From contig OX597822.1 in NCBI GenBank assembly GCA_951406725.2, positions 66,154,001-66,218,000 on the forward strand: a DNA stretch of 64,000 bases, written 5' to 3'. Under the pieces are notes generated by a model that had not been told where the DNA came from, did no database searches, and saw only the letters and a program-made list of their open reading frames with translations. The number at the start of each line of letters is the position of its first letter. Positions within the stretch are counted from its first letter, which is position 1. Origin of the DNA: Octopus vulgaris (Eukaryota). Below are positions 41,190-55,379 of the stretch, in pieces. The translations under genes and the position numbers were made by a program.

Positions 41190-41250
<61 letters not shown>

Positions 41251-41298
41251 GTAATAGTAATAATGATAATAATGATAATAATAATGATAATAATAATG

Positions 41299-41365
<67 letters not shown>

Positions 41366-41373
41366 TAACAATA

Positions 41374-41417
<44 letters not shown>
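41168..41417. repeat. (AAT)n/(GAT)n microsatellite
   Basis: Directly visible. Confidence 0.95.
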
Positions 41418-41420
<3 letters not shown>

Positions 41421-41516
41421 CACTCCCTTCGATTTCGATGTATGAACGTTTGAAGGAAAGGATTAAAAATGTAACTGTTGGCTGCAGGATATAACTCTTC
41501 AACGCAAATTGATTAG

Positions 41517-41827
41517 ATGAAGAAGAAGAAGAATAAGAACAAGAAGAACAAGAAGAAGAAGAAGTGGAAGAAGAAGAAGAAGAAGTGGAGAAGAAGAAGA
41601 AGAAGAAGTGGAGAAGAAGAAGAAGAAGAAGAAGTGGAGAAGAGGAAGAAGAAGAAGAAGAAGAAGAAGAAGGAGAAGAGGAAGAAGAAGAAGAGGTGGA
41701 GAAGAAGAAGAAGAAGAAGAAGAAGAAGATGGAGAAGAAGGAGAAAAAGAAGAAGAAGAAATGGAGAAGAAGGAGAAAAAGAAGAAGACGTGGAGAAGAA
41801 GAAGAAGAAGAAGAAGTGGAGAAGAAG

Positions 41828-41858
<31 letters not shown>

Positions 41859-42060
41859 GAAGAAGAAGAAGAAGAAGATGGAGAAGAAGGAGAAAAAGAA
41901 GAAGACGTGGAGAAGAAGAAGAAGAAGAAGAAGAAGAAGAAGAAGAAATGGAGAAGAAGGAGAAAAAGAAGGAGAAAAAGAAGAAGGAGAAAAAGAAGGA
42001 GAAGAAAAAGAAGAAGATGGAGAAGAAGGAGAAAAAAAGAAGGAGAAGAAGAAGAAGGAG

Positions 42061-42091
<31 letters not shown>

Positions 42092-42273
42092 GAAGGAGTA
42101 GAAGAAGAAGAAGAAGAAGAAGAAGATGTAGAAGAAGGCGAAGACGTAGAAGAAGAAGAAGAAGAAGAAGAAGAAGAAGAAGAAGAAGAAGAAGAAGAAG
42201 AAGAAGAAGAAGAAGGAGAAAAATAAGAAGGGGGAGGAGGAGGAGAGGAACAAGAACAAGAAGAAGAGGAGAA
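41517..42273. repeat. ~750-bp GAA-derived polypurine tract
   Basis: Nearly pure purine strand built from GAA with GTG/GGA/GAT interruptions. Confidence 0.95.
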
Positions 42274-42587
42274 ACGTTAACACTAAGAATAAAATATATT
42301 CTTCAGCAATTTCATCACTCTGAATTCAATACTCAATACAGTTTGTATCATATACCATTAAATACATCAATCAAAATATAAATATCTCATAAAAATCAAA
42401 TTTATGCATCTCCGCTTTCTCTCTATAACCATTTATCTAATAGGCTTTACAGAAGTCTATATGTACAAAGATAACCATTCATTTATATACATACACACAC
42501 AAACACATATGTATATATATGTACTTGTGTGTGCACGTATGTTTCTATGCGTATGTATGTATGAATGTATGTATGTATGTATGTATG

Positions 42588-42646
<59 letters not shown>

Positions 42647-43132
42647 ACACACACATACAATCAGAGAAATAGATAGACACATACATAAATACATACATAT
42701 ACACACACATATATATATATATATCTTCAAAAGGTAATGTACATATAAGAAACACTGTAAAGACGTGGGTAGAATACATATTTTGAGTGTTATAGGAATT
42801 TATGTGCTTACATTGCATATATGCACCCTCATATAACTATATACGAATATAGTATGTATGTATGTCCATGGTGTGTGTGCGTCAGTTTTGTGTGCGCGCG
42901 GTCTGTATGTGTCTGTAGTGTGTGAGTGAGTACGCCTGCCTACTTATATACGTACAAGTGCAGACATCTTAATGACTAAAAAGTTACTTGGAGATTTTAA
43001 AAAGAAATTCAATGAATAAATCTGCCGGATTAAAATTTTTCTTATCCTACACAGCTACGTAACATATGCTCGTATATATACATAAGCACACTCGTATGCA
43101 CACACACACATACATATAAATAAATATATATA

Positions 43133-43174
<42 letters not shown>

Positions 43175-44496
43175 CTTGCATACAAACATATTTGTATACA
43201 TGCACCATACACATTAATACAGAATATACATTTGTTCATAAAAATATGTAGTGAAACATAGATATACCCATACATGAAAAGAAATTTATACACACGCATA
43301 CATAAAGACACTTATGTAATGGAATTCACACTCCCATCCATAAACATATGTGTATCTTAATTTGTGGATGTGTATATTATAAAGCAGCGAAAGTTTGTGA
43401 GAAACAAAATTTCTTTATTGCATTTCGTAGAACGACGCCAAGAAAATTATTAAATTTGCTTTCAGTTTTATTTCAGACGTTTCATTTCTGAATTACAAAA
43501 GAAACTTCAAGACAGAAAAAGAAACCGCTGAAAAGAAAACAAAGATAACAAGAACAGCCATAGCAAAAAATAAAATACCTAATGGAAAGAAAGAAACATC
43601 TACTCTAAATACATTTGCAATTTTGTAAACAATGTCTGAACAAATAAATCCACTTTGACTGACTGACTGAGATTTTGACCGAAACAAAACACTTATAAAA
43701 GTGCTTAATGTCAGAATTGCTATAGAATTAAATTAAAATTTAATTTCTCTGAGGTGGTTACTCCTAAGGAATTTTCAAAATCTCTACCATGTTATAGAAT
43801 AGAAATTAACTATGAAGAAAATACGTTTAATTAAATTGTCATCGCGTGCTATTGATCTGCTTTCCAGCGACAATAGAAATTAATATTGAACCTCCTTGTA
43901 GATAAATAAAAAGCATGGAGGTGTAGAAAAGTAAAGAAATATTTCTATAACGCTATAATTATGTATAATATAAGATTTTGATGGTAATAGATCTGTAATG
44001 TTTGTTGTTTAACCCCCGGTTAAACCTGATCAACATGAGCTCCATTATAACTAAATAGTTTTCAACTGTAAACACGAACCATTGTACAATTATGGATAGC
44101 CAAAGAGTGGAATTAATTTTATGTGGTAAGGAATCAGATGAAATGTCAACTAGTTGACATTCCCTCTGCCTTCGCAATGAAGTGTTTTACCCGAAACGAT
44201 TCATGTGTCTTCTTTCCTAGGGCATAGAATTTCTTTCATTCCTTTGTTTGAGATGTTTATATTACTTAGCTGTTGCAGGAAGGCGTTCCATATCTAAAGT
44301 TGCAGGTTGCGATTTCTAGAAAATGTTCAAGTAATTATAACAGGTGAAGGTGGGGTAATCAGAAATTCCCTCATTGTTGAAACGCTATTGATTTTTAGCT
44401 ATATATAATCTCCAGTGAAGCAGAATTTCTACAATTAAAAATGCCAAAGCTGTAATCATAGCTTCTATTTTTCTAGCAATATAGCTACGCCTAATA

Positions 44497-45123
44497 AGGC
44501 AGCGAGCTGATAGAACCGTTAGCACGCCGAGTGAAATGCCTAGCGGTATTTCGCCTTCCGCTACGTTCTGAGTTCAAATTCCACCGAGGTCGACTTTGCC
44601 TTTCATCCTTTCGGGGTCGATTAAATAAGTACCAGTTACGCACTGGGGACGATATAATCGACTTAGTCCGTTTGTCTGTCCTTGTTTGTCCTACCTGTAT
44701 TTAGTCCCTTGTGGGTTGTAAAGAAATAGGTATTTCGTCTGTCTTTACGTTCTGAGTTAAAATTCCGCTGAGGTCGTCTTTGCCTTTCGTCCTTTCGGGT
44801 GTCGATAAATTAAGTACCAGTTGCTTACTTATTTCATTACTGCCCACAAGGAGCTAAACATAGAAGGGACAAGCAAGGACAGACAAATGGATTAAGTCGA
44901 TTATATCGACCCCTGTGCGTAACTGGTACTCATTTAATCGCCCCCGAAAGGATGAAATCCAAAGATGACCTCGGCGGAATTTGAACTCAGAACGTAGCGG
45001 CAGACGAAATACCACTAAGCATTTCGCCCGGCGTGCTAACGTTTCTGCCAGCTTGCTTACTGGGGGTCGATCTAATCGACTGGGTTCCTCCCACTAAATT
45101 TCAGGCCTAGAGTAGAAAAGAAT
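44497..45123 (+). mobile_element. SINE family B dimer with a second family B copy nested in opposite orientation (44830-45052)
   Basis: The host element breaks after GTACCAG and resumes at GGGGGTCGATCTAATCGAC. The insert is flanked by the direct repeat TTGCTTACT (44821-44829 and 45053-45061). Confidence 0.85.
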
Positions 45124-46954
45124 ATAACTGCGCCTAACTGCTCATTGACATTAGAAAGTGGATCGTGTAGTTGCTAATTCTACCAGATCAAGGTATTACG
45201 AGGACGTGTAAGCGAGCACGTTGATTTAAAAGACAGTTTTCGGTGAAGTTAATTGCAGAAAACCAAATTCCGTCTTAGTAGAGTATTCACCAGATGCATT
45301 TAAGTGCAAATAGTATATAAATGGCATATAAATGTATAACTGTAGACGATAAGTGTAGACCAGGCTAACAGAACGTGGAGTTGAGTCTCCACATCCTCTT
45401 ACCGAGTGCGTATATTTCGCTGGTTTCAGCTGACCTGTGCACACGCTACATTATAGTTTATATAGCCAGAATTAAAATGACACAGCCAAATATCGTTTGG
45501 TATTTTATCAAATTCCGCCCAACATGACCGCAGTCAAATAACTGAAACAAGTGAAAAAAAGTAAAAGCGTATCAAATACTGGATCATTACTTGTGTGCAG
45601 CTAGGAAGAGGTCGCGGTTCCGACCGACGACGCTGTTGGTTTTTTAAAAAAGAAAATACCGCCGTAACATCCCAGTATCTGCAGTAGTAGGAGTTGTAAA
45701 ATAGGGTTTGTTAACATTGCTTTTGAGGACGGTATTCACAACTGTGAAAGATGAGTTCACTGTTCCCTGTTTTGCTTTCCCCGAACGTATTGTTTAGACG
45801 CGTTGTTTAAAATCGTTGTAATACACTGCTGGAAAGTAAATATATAAATATTGTTTTCATTATATTCTAGCGATGAAAGATATTTATCAAAACAGTGAAG
45901 TGTCGGTTAGTTTTAGCTGCAAAGAAAAGTGCTAAATATTCAAGTCGGTCTATTAAGCTTGCTATAACCTATCAGGGCATGCTTAGGGTAAAAAGGAGCA
46001 GAAGAAGATGAGATAATTATGCTTTTATTCAGCATATTCTTGCATATATCACACACTTATTGCAGCGGTACACCGGTTTTTCTTAGATCTGTAAAAGAAC
46101 TCGGGAGGTTGGGCCTCGAACCAAAACTTTCGCGATACCTTTCAAGCCAGGAACTTTTCAGCACCCTTCGTATATCATTTGTGGTTTTACAAATATTATG
46201 TTCGAGAATATAGAAAGTTTATACATCTGATAATGACTCCGACAAGAATTGACAAATACAAACAGCTGTTACCTCTTTTGCCTTCCACAAAAATGTTGTA
46301 TGGGTGAATGTATCATCATAACGTTTGTGTACCCGAACGTACCGATAGAATTTTCGAAAATATTTCCATTCAACTGATTTCCAAGAAAAGTACGGCATGC
46401 GTAAAACAATCAAGAACTTTCCTGAACACTATAGAATATAAACATATCTCTACGTCCAATCTTTAAATACCTCTGTTCTGTTCCAGATGTCGACAGAGCT
46501 GATGAAAACTACTTTAGATTTCCATTTCAGCTTACGAAAATTTCAGAAGTTGATTACGCTGAATTCTTTTTACCCGCCGTTTACATTCGGACCACTTTAT
46601 AATTGTTCGTAACTACTCCTATACTGACGTTCTTCTGGTTTTCGGCACAAGTATTAGATTATATTTTTCTGGGATTTACGTAGGCGTTCATTATTTAAAT
46701 CGTACATTGGTGCATGTTCAAATGAACCTGCAAAGAATGCCTTTCTGCCATTGTAACTTAGCGTTGGAACAAAAAGACACTGATAGAATATGCACAAGTC
46801 TTAAAAATTGCTAGAATCAAAGTGTTCGACTACACTCTGTAAAGTGGTGCTTTATCATGCCTGCAATATGAAAAGATAGGGTTTTTATATATGTACGTGT
46901 GTGTGTGCGTGTGTTTATACGTCTATGGCTGTGAAATATTAAAGAAAAAGGAGT

Positions 46955-47274
46955 ACGCTGTCGGTTACGAGGACGAGGGTCTCTGAAAATACGATCAACG
47001 GAACAGCTTGCTTGTGAAATTAACGTGCAAGTGGCTGAGCGTCTCACAGAAACGTGGACCCTTAACGCAGTTCTCAGGGAGATTCAGCGTGACACAAAGT
47101 GTTACAAGGCCAGCCATTCGAAATACAGGTGCCACTCATTTTTGCCAGATGAGTGGACTGGAGCAACATGAAATAAAGCGACTTGATCATAGACACAACT
47201 CGTCGCCGTGAATTGAACTCACAACCCTACGACCGTGAACCGAATACCCTAACCACTAAGCAACGCGCCCTCAC
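46955..47274 (-). mobile_element. SINE family C variant (different 3' tail from the 22426 copy)
   Basis: Head GTGAGGGCGCGTTGCTTAGTGGTTAGGGTATTCGG on the minus strand and central TTTATTTCATGTTGCTCCAGTCCACTCA domain. Confidence 0.85.
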
Positions 47275-50032
47275 AGGTGAAATATATATGAGTTTGCATT
47301 GAGTTTGAAATTCGTTATGAATGTGGGCGTATTCTTGCCTCATCTATATAATTTTCTGTATTTATAGAAAGAACGAGAAATTGATAAATTAATGTCGTTT
47401 TATAAAAATAACATTCACAGATTTCTTTATAAGCCAAAGGTTAATTTCATTCTGGATATTTAAATCTAATTCTCAGTTATTTTTAAACATAACGATAAAG
47501 TAAAGTTATAGGCGATCTGAAGACTAAGATACTTTAATAGGAACGTTTTTTATGAAGTACATTAACGTGAATTAGCTTCTGATAAACGAAGATATTAAGG
47601 AAAGTAAAAATATGTTCACAAAATATACGTTGCAAGGAGACTCGGAAGTGATAAATTTGTCACCTTTTCCTTCTGATATAAATCATAACTAACTATTCCT
47701 CTGATTTCTCCGATTATATTTTTGATATAATTATCGGAGAGAAATGCGTGACAGTATTTTTGTCTGTAAGAAGAGGAATGAGTAGCAAATTAAACTTGAT
47801 GATGAACTTTGCAACTCTCAAGACGAATCTACAAGAAATATGCAAATATATATATATATATATAAGGAACTTGATATGTATATATAAAATTAAGGGTATT
47901 TCTTGCACCTCACTTATAGGTGACTGAATATGTATGTATAAGCGTTTAGAGGTATGCATATATTCACCTGCATACCTGTACTTTTGTAAACAATACTAAC
48001 ACGTACATTTATTTGCACAATCACACACACGAGCACATACAATCATCCCCAAATATATATATACATACATTGGTATTTATGAACGTCTGTGTGCGTAGTA
48101 ATCGAGCACTTTTCTTTACATTATGGAACTATAACTGACATATACAGTGTTTGTTGAGTTGCACTCTTAGAAAATCAATGAAATAGATTGATTGTAAGTT
48201 TATCCGCTATCGAAACACTAGTCAAAGCATTAAATCTTCAAAATAAAGTATTTGCATTAATTAATTATATCTACTTGAAGTAATTCACCATCTTAATTAA
48301 TTACGAGTAATTTAATCAAAAAATAACTTTAAATAGAAGAATTAACATCTAACGCTGATATATTAACACTCGAAAATAGTCATAACCATGCTCATCTACT
48401 TAAGAGAAACTATGCTCCTGCTTATGGAGAACTTTTAAGTAAATGTTGAATTACTAGGGCTAGAGGTCATTTTAATTTCAAATTTGCCTAACGTTTTTCC
48501 CAGAAATTGATTAACGTATTGTTGTAGTTGTAAGAAGTGACGCATTGTAAGAGTTACTGGAAGCGAATAATCATACCATTCAACATAGAAACATACATAT
48601 CATTTAACAGCTATTAGTTGTGAGTGATCATGCATTGTTTGAAGGCGCTGAATAACATATGTAGATATGAGGCCATAAGTATGTAGAGGCACAACCGATA
48701 TAGAAGAAATAGAATTTGTTTACATACTGGAATACTTGGAAAACATGATATCTTCAAAGCAAAGCAATCAAATGAAATATATTTGCACTCTATTTGTACC
48801 ACACCCATTTGTATCGTGTTAATTAACTCAATTAAGCTTTTACTTCAATTAAATACACAAGCGACGTAATTGCCAGCTACAAAGGATATCATAGTAAGAC
48901 TCTACTTAAGTGTCTCTACTAATTAATAAACTTTTTTTTACTTTTTCAGTCAAGGATATTTCGGGAGAAAGTTAAGTAAAAATTCATCCTTTTTTAACGC
49001 GAATCTTATGTTATTTTAATATTTATTTCGTTACCACAAATTTAGAATAAACATATTTGACTAAAACCTCAATATACTTATACAAACCTAACTCCGTTGC
49101 TGTTCCATTAAGCGCCGTCTTCAGATATATCTTCACCGTATGTTTCTTTGCTATAAATATCTTTGATTATCATGGAATTATCAACAATCGATAAATTTAC
49201 ACGCATTGAACTTAACCTAATACTCTTAAACTTCACTGAGATTATTCATGCTTTCAGAAGATTAATAATTTCGAATCAGGATTTCCAAATCATATTAATG
49301 TGAAAAATTCTTGGAGTTAACGCAAACATATCAACCCATTCTTTTGATTAATCTTAATACCAAGTTCTATATGGATGGAATATAATCGATTCTAAAGATC
49401 CCTGCATATTACTTACAATAGTGATGCTTTTTGAATGAAGTGAAGATTGAATAAGTTCAAAATGGGGTTTGAGGCACTTAGATGTAAAACCATTTCTAAT
49501 AACTAGCATCTTTGCATAAACCCCATTAATTTCAGCTTCGTGTTACAACACCGGAAAGATAGTTTGAATGATATACATTGAGGCTTTTTTGAATTTAGCT
49601 GAACGTGTTTAAAATATTACTGGGGGAGAACCAATAGAAATGAAACTCGTCAATGAAATTGATGTCCATTTGCAGTCACAGCTGAATGATTGATAAAATT
49701 TCAATTAGCTGTTATTATAATCGCAAAAGTGCAAGGAGGAAGACAATAATGATGAGGAGGAGGGCGAAAATTGTAATGTAGTAGTGGTGGCGATTCTTGT
49801 ACATATTCTGTTGGTTATTTTAATGTGTGTTTTGTGAAATATGTGGGAGGAGCTATGGCGATTACATCGGCATTTGTAAATGATTGATACTTATCCTATC
49901 GACGCCGAAAGGATGCAGAGAAAAATTCGACCACGGCAGCATTTGAATTCAGCTGAAGAATTTTGTCCGGCGGTAACGCTACGCAATATTGAACCATAAG
50001 TCCTCTATGACCAAGATTGTACAACCATCACA

Positions 50033-50079
<47 letters not shown>

Positions 50080-50103
50080 GTTATAATTTAGAATGAACAG
50101 TAA

Positions 50104-50180
50104 GTTGTCATTATAGCACTCGGAGTTTCGAATGTCGGATAGAAGAGCTACGATGCATTCTCGTCAGTTATTATGGCAAC
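50104..50180 (-). ncRNA. Type I hammerhead motif with mutated cleavage triplet (GUG)
   Basis: Minus strand: 13-nt stem I (10 pairs), CTGACGA, stem II GAATG/CATTC, GAAA, stem III ACTC-C-GAGT. It runs 3' into the (TA)/(TG) tract at about 50080. Confidence 0.7.
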
Positions 50181-51194
50181 AGACGCTATGAAAAACCGTT
50201 GAATAAAAGGGAAGTTACTCTAATATATAGAAAAAGAAAAAAAGGAAAGAGATTAAAATACCCGCAACAATATTCTCACAATTCATAGACATGAACCTCC
50301 TGCGTCCACAACCTCTACATACGTATACACTCGCACAAACATGCATACGTACAATCACATATGCACACAAACATATATGTGTATGTACGTACTCATATAT
50401 ACACACATATCCACACACACACCACACATGTATATACATATGTATATGTGTACGCAACCTCATCCTCATATACACATAGGTATTTACATGCATACACGTA
50501 ACATAATACATATATATTTAGACATTTATATAAATAAATATACGCATATATATACAGACATACATTCACACTCCCGCATACACGCATATACACATATATA
50601 CGCATATGCACCCTCCTATCACACGCCTACACCTACGCATATACAAACATATGCATATCCGTATAAATGAAGGAGATGTGTTCATGAATATGGCACTCTG
50701 CACTAGACACTGTCTTACATTCGTATATATATATATATATATATATATATCTACAAATGTAAACACATATACATATAAAATATATACATACGTATACATA
50801 TAATCACACACGTAGACATTCACATAGTTAAAAGGGAAAAGGAAGAAACGAAAAATTTATTTAAAAAATAATAAATTAAAAGAGGTTAAGACTTATGGGA
50901 AGCTTGTGCAGAAACATAGAAAAAAATGTAGATTGTAGCCGTGATCTTGGTGGGCCCAAAACCGTAACAGTTATTTTTTCACATTGGGACATGATCTAAA
51001 ACACTTCAGATCTGACATTTAATCATGTAGCGGGGTCCATGGAACTTTTTCTGATGAGCCATCTTTTCATATTACAAAAAACATATTACAAAGACCAAAG
51101 TGAAAGCCTTATAACACTACCGCTGGTATAAGGCTTACCCTTGGCTAAGAACTGCCAGTAAATTCTGTAGTTGACTCCTTGATAATTGTTAGCT

Positions 51195-51430
51195 TTTTCC
51201 TTCGTTTACAGTGTCTGAGTCTTAAGGTGTGATTGTCGAACCTTACTTTGAAATTTCCCTCTGTGAGACCCACATATCTCTTGATTGAAACTGCGTTATT
51301 AGAGTACGTAGAATTTACGGTGGCTTCATAAATAACGGCCTCAGTCTTACAGGCTCCATTTAGCGGACACAAGTCTTTATCCCTGCAGGAACAGCTTCGT
51401 GTTGTTTTGTTGCTTTGTGCAAAATTATAT
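51195..51430 (-). pseudogene. PLE GIY-YIG endonuclease fragment (Naiad-like)
   Basis: CSCRDKDLCPLNGACKTEAVIYEATV...RYVGLTEGNFKVRFDNH shows the CxC-x5-C-x5-C linker plus IY/YVG without an intervening CxxC. Confidence 0.8.
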
Positions 51431-52154
51431 ACACACAGATTCACTTGGATACGGTGCTTTCTGGTCCATAGGTGAAGAAACGAAAACCGAAATAAAGAGA
51501 GCATGTTTGCCGTCTTTTCAAGATGGAACACTTATGTTTCTATCATAGGATAATATAGAAAGTCATCCTGAAACAATCTAAATTCAAATGACATACTTCA
51601 TTGTGAAGAAGGACTCTTTCTTCCCTTGAAAAAGATAGAAATATCTATCAAGCATTTTTAAGCAGAAAGTCTGTGTAGTCCCATGTTTCCATTCTATCGA
51701 TTAGGATATAGATTAGAATCAGATTAACTTTATGTATTCTAAACCGGTAATGGTATAAGCATGTAATATAATTTTTCCAATTTTTGATATCTTCTCGTCT
51801 TCTAATTATGATTGAGTGCTAAGCTGTTCAAATTTATATCCGTTTGCACTTTATTGGCAGAAGGTAAGTATTGCCGGAAATATAACTCATAAAATAGAGT
51901 AAAATATATGTGAAATGGGGAAACGTAAATGGTCTACCTATATTAAATGTTTCAGCGAGTGTGTTTGGGAATGAATGTGTTTTTGTACACATTTGTGCAT
52001 GTGGGATTATCGTCTGACTAGTTGTATATCATTTCGATATATAAATATTTAAATATTTCAGAGAAATATTTGTATCACAAAGACGAGAAACCTTATAACT
52101 TATATGAAATAAACAGCAAATAACGCACTGGCCTCTCTATATATACTTATATAT

Positions 52155-52188
<34 letters not shown>

Positions 52189-52196
52189 ACACACAC

Positions 52197-52233
<37 letters not shown>

Positions 52234-52312
52234 CATATAAATATATTTATATATATATAAACATACATATGTATATATGTACATATATATACATACATAG
52301 ATATAAATATGT

Positions 52313-52344
<32 letters not shown>

Positions 52345-53468
52345 GTATGTACTTATATATATATACATATATATATATAAAGAGAGAGAGAGAGAGAAAG
52401 AGAGAGAAGTGTGTGAGAAGAAGGGTGAGTGAGGGAAACACAAAGAGGAGGAAAGAAGAAGATGGGAAGGTAGATTTTGATGAGCACAGTTGGGACATAT
52501 AATTATAAGAATCTCGATGTAATGGTTGAAAAAAAAGTAAAACTTACTTAAAATCTGATCGTAATCGTTGTTTCATGATAGCCATAATTTATGCAATAAG
52601 TATATTCATCAGTTATGGTCATCTTGAAACAGCTGTCACGATAAGATTTCTCATTTCATATTTTTTCTTTGTCTTACAATCTATATATGCTGCTCAATGT
52701 AAATATGTACGAGGCCTTACTGTGTTTAGCTACCTTACGACTTACCATTATAACAGCTCGATAGGCACTGATCTAATAGCAAAGTTCCAACACCGAGGTA
52801 CTGGGCTTGCATAAAGAAGTGTGAGTTTAAGCACTAATCTGTATTTTACTTGTTTGTACTGAGCTTATTTTACTCTCCCCTATTCCCTCACTTTGTGTCT
52901 GTCAGCCTGTCTCTCCGTCTCCCTGTCTTTCTCTGTGGTTCTACCTCCCTCTCTCTTTTACGCATGCGCACTTTATTAGTTTCTCAAATGATTACGCAAG
53001 ATATTTGAAAATATTCTGACATAAAGAGAACAATATTAGAAATAACAATATAGAAAATCTAATTCTTACAAACACATGGAGACAAGCGTTCCCGCATACT
53101 TCCACAGCCGTAGACATGCGTATACATGTATATATTTATTTATTCATATATGGAAATATGAATGAATGTATTTGTGTGTGCATGGATATCTATATATCAC
53201 TATAGCTATCTGTATATCTATCTCCACGTGTGTCTGTTTATCTATCTATCATCGTTTGTTGATGCAAAGAGAAAAATGGAACTGGAAACACACACGCACA
53301 CACACACACACTCACTCATATATATATGCATAGAGAGAGAAAGAGAGTGAGAGAGAGATCGTGTTGGTTAACTTTCGATTTATAGTATGTAATAAATATA
53401 AAACAGCTGTCATTTCAATTGTGATCAGTTGCTACTAATGGTTCGTATATTTCTGACTATATTAACTA

Positions 53469-53513
<45 letters not shown>

Positions 53514-53667
53514 GTTGTTGTTGTTCTTGTTGTTCTTGTTATTTGTTCTGTTCTTATTTTTTATTGTTGTTATGCTGATAATAACGATGATGCTGATGAG
53601 GATAATAGCTATAGTAACAACAACAACAACAACAATAGCAATAATGACGATAATGATAATAGTAACA

Positions 53668-53870
53668 ACAATCCTTTCTGCAAAAGGTGCAAAGTCTGGA
53701 ATTTGTGGGGAGAAAAATAGTCGACTACCTCGAGCCCAGTGTTTTACTGGTACTTTATTTTTTGACCCCGAAAGACTGAAGGACAAAGTTCATTTCGGCA
53801 GAATTTCAAGCCAGAATGTAGCGACGGGTGAATTACCGCTAAGTATTTCGTCCAACAGGATAGCGATTCT
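53668..53870 (-). mobile_element. Degenerate SINE family B-related copy
   Basis: ACTGGTACTTTATTTTTTGACCCCGAAAGACTGAAGGACAAAG matches the family B central domain in reverse. Confidence 0.7.
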
Positions 53871-54824
53871 GTAATCTGGAAATAATAATTTCAAATTTTG
53901 ATATAAAACCAGCAATTTTAGGGGAAGGGAAATGTCGATTAGATTGACCCAGTGTTCCACTGGTAGAGAAATTTGGATAATATTAAATTGTAATGGAAGA
54001 GTATGCGCAGATTCAACGAAACAGCTTACTGGATTGTTTGCAGAAGAGCACAGATTACTTACTAAAGTTGTACATAAGGGAAAATGTGATCAAATCTCAA
54101 AAAGCAGTAAGAGTCTAAAACGAAATTGAGAAAGGATCAGTTTTGGGATGCCAAAGATAATGTATAGAGACAAAATGCTGAGCTCGGTCCAAAATGGAAG
54201 TCTGAAAATATAACAGTTTACGATCAAGCACTACAAAAAAATAAAACTTGAGAAAAATTCCTTTACGGAAAAGGTGTTGGTAAACATTAGAGTATGCGAA
54301 TTCTGGGACGAATCTTCCTCGCTCCTTTTCAGTTTACCTGTGCCTTTAAATGGATGCCTATGCACCGACCAATGTCGTAATCATGAATTTAAAAAAATTA
54401 TTCTTGAAGCGATCATGGAAAGGGTCTAATGTTAAATGCTGACATATGACTGGAAGGCTATTCTAGACACACAATGGCATTGAATAGAATTAGATGTTAA
54501 GTTAGAGATCTTAAGATCTCATAAATATTCTTGAAAACTTTTCTCTGAGTAGTACCGAATAAATTACTGGAACATCTCAGTGTGAACATAAAATAACCAT
54601 ATTTAGTCATCAATAAAATATTTAAATTTCCGGAACAAGAGTTAGAGAAAGTGTAGAGTATCAGAATTAGAGTGTAGTGTGAAGATATAGTAAGAAGACA
54701 ATGACCCAAAATGCTATGGTATGTGCGCGAAATCGTGACCTAATAATTCAACTCAAGCATCTTAAACAATTGGTCATGCCTGTACATTCTATATTATCGC
54801 CATATCTCTTAATTTTCGTCAAAG

Positions 54825-55379
54825 TATTGCGTTGTCCGGAAAGTTCGTGCCGATTTATAGTAGCTTAACTTTCGACATATTTTAGAACATGGCTGAGTGC
54901 ATAAAATAGGATTTGACTACACCTCCATTTAGAGCAGTTTTCTTGGAAGAGGCTTTATGTTCCTATAACTTGTGTTAATTCTGTAATCGTTTAAAATGGA
55001 AATAAGAAAGTTCATTTTCGGCACTTGATGATTTGGGAACCAGACAAAAATTACTGCAGCTCGGCTGGGATGTGAACCTCACCTTCCATATTCACCAGAT
55101 ATTGCACCTTCGGATCTCCAGTTATTCATGTCTCTGCAGAATAGACTTAATGGTAAACATTTCAATTTCTTGGATGACATAAAAAGATACCTTGATGAAT
55201 TATTTGCCATGCAACCACCTCAATTCTTGGAAGAGGGTATTTTCAAGTTTAAGGAAAGATGGAGACGCATTGCGCAACAAAATGGTTCATATTTGGTTGA
55301 TTAAAAATGTAATGGCAAGTATTTATTGACCTTTTTCTTTCCTTTAAAAATCGGCACGAACTTTCCGAACAACCCAATA
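54825..55379 (+). mobile_element. Non-autonomous mariner, same family as 27401-27970
   Basis: Same TIRs (TTGTCCGGAAAGTTCGTGCCGATTT and AAATCGGCACGAACTTTCCGAACAA), TA ends, and the same internal deletion junction. Confidence 0.9.
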
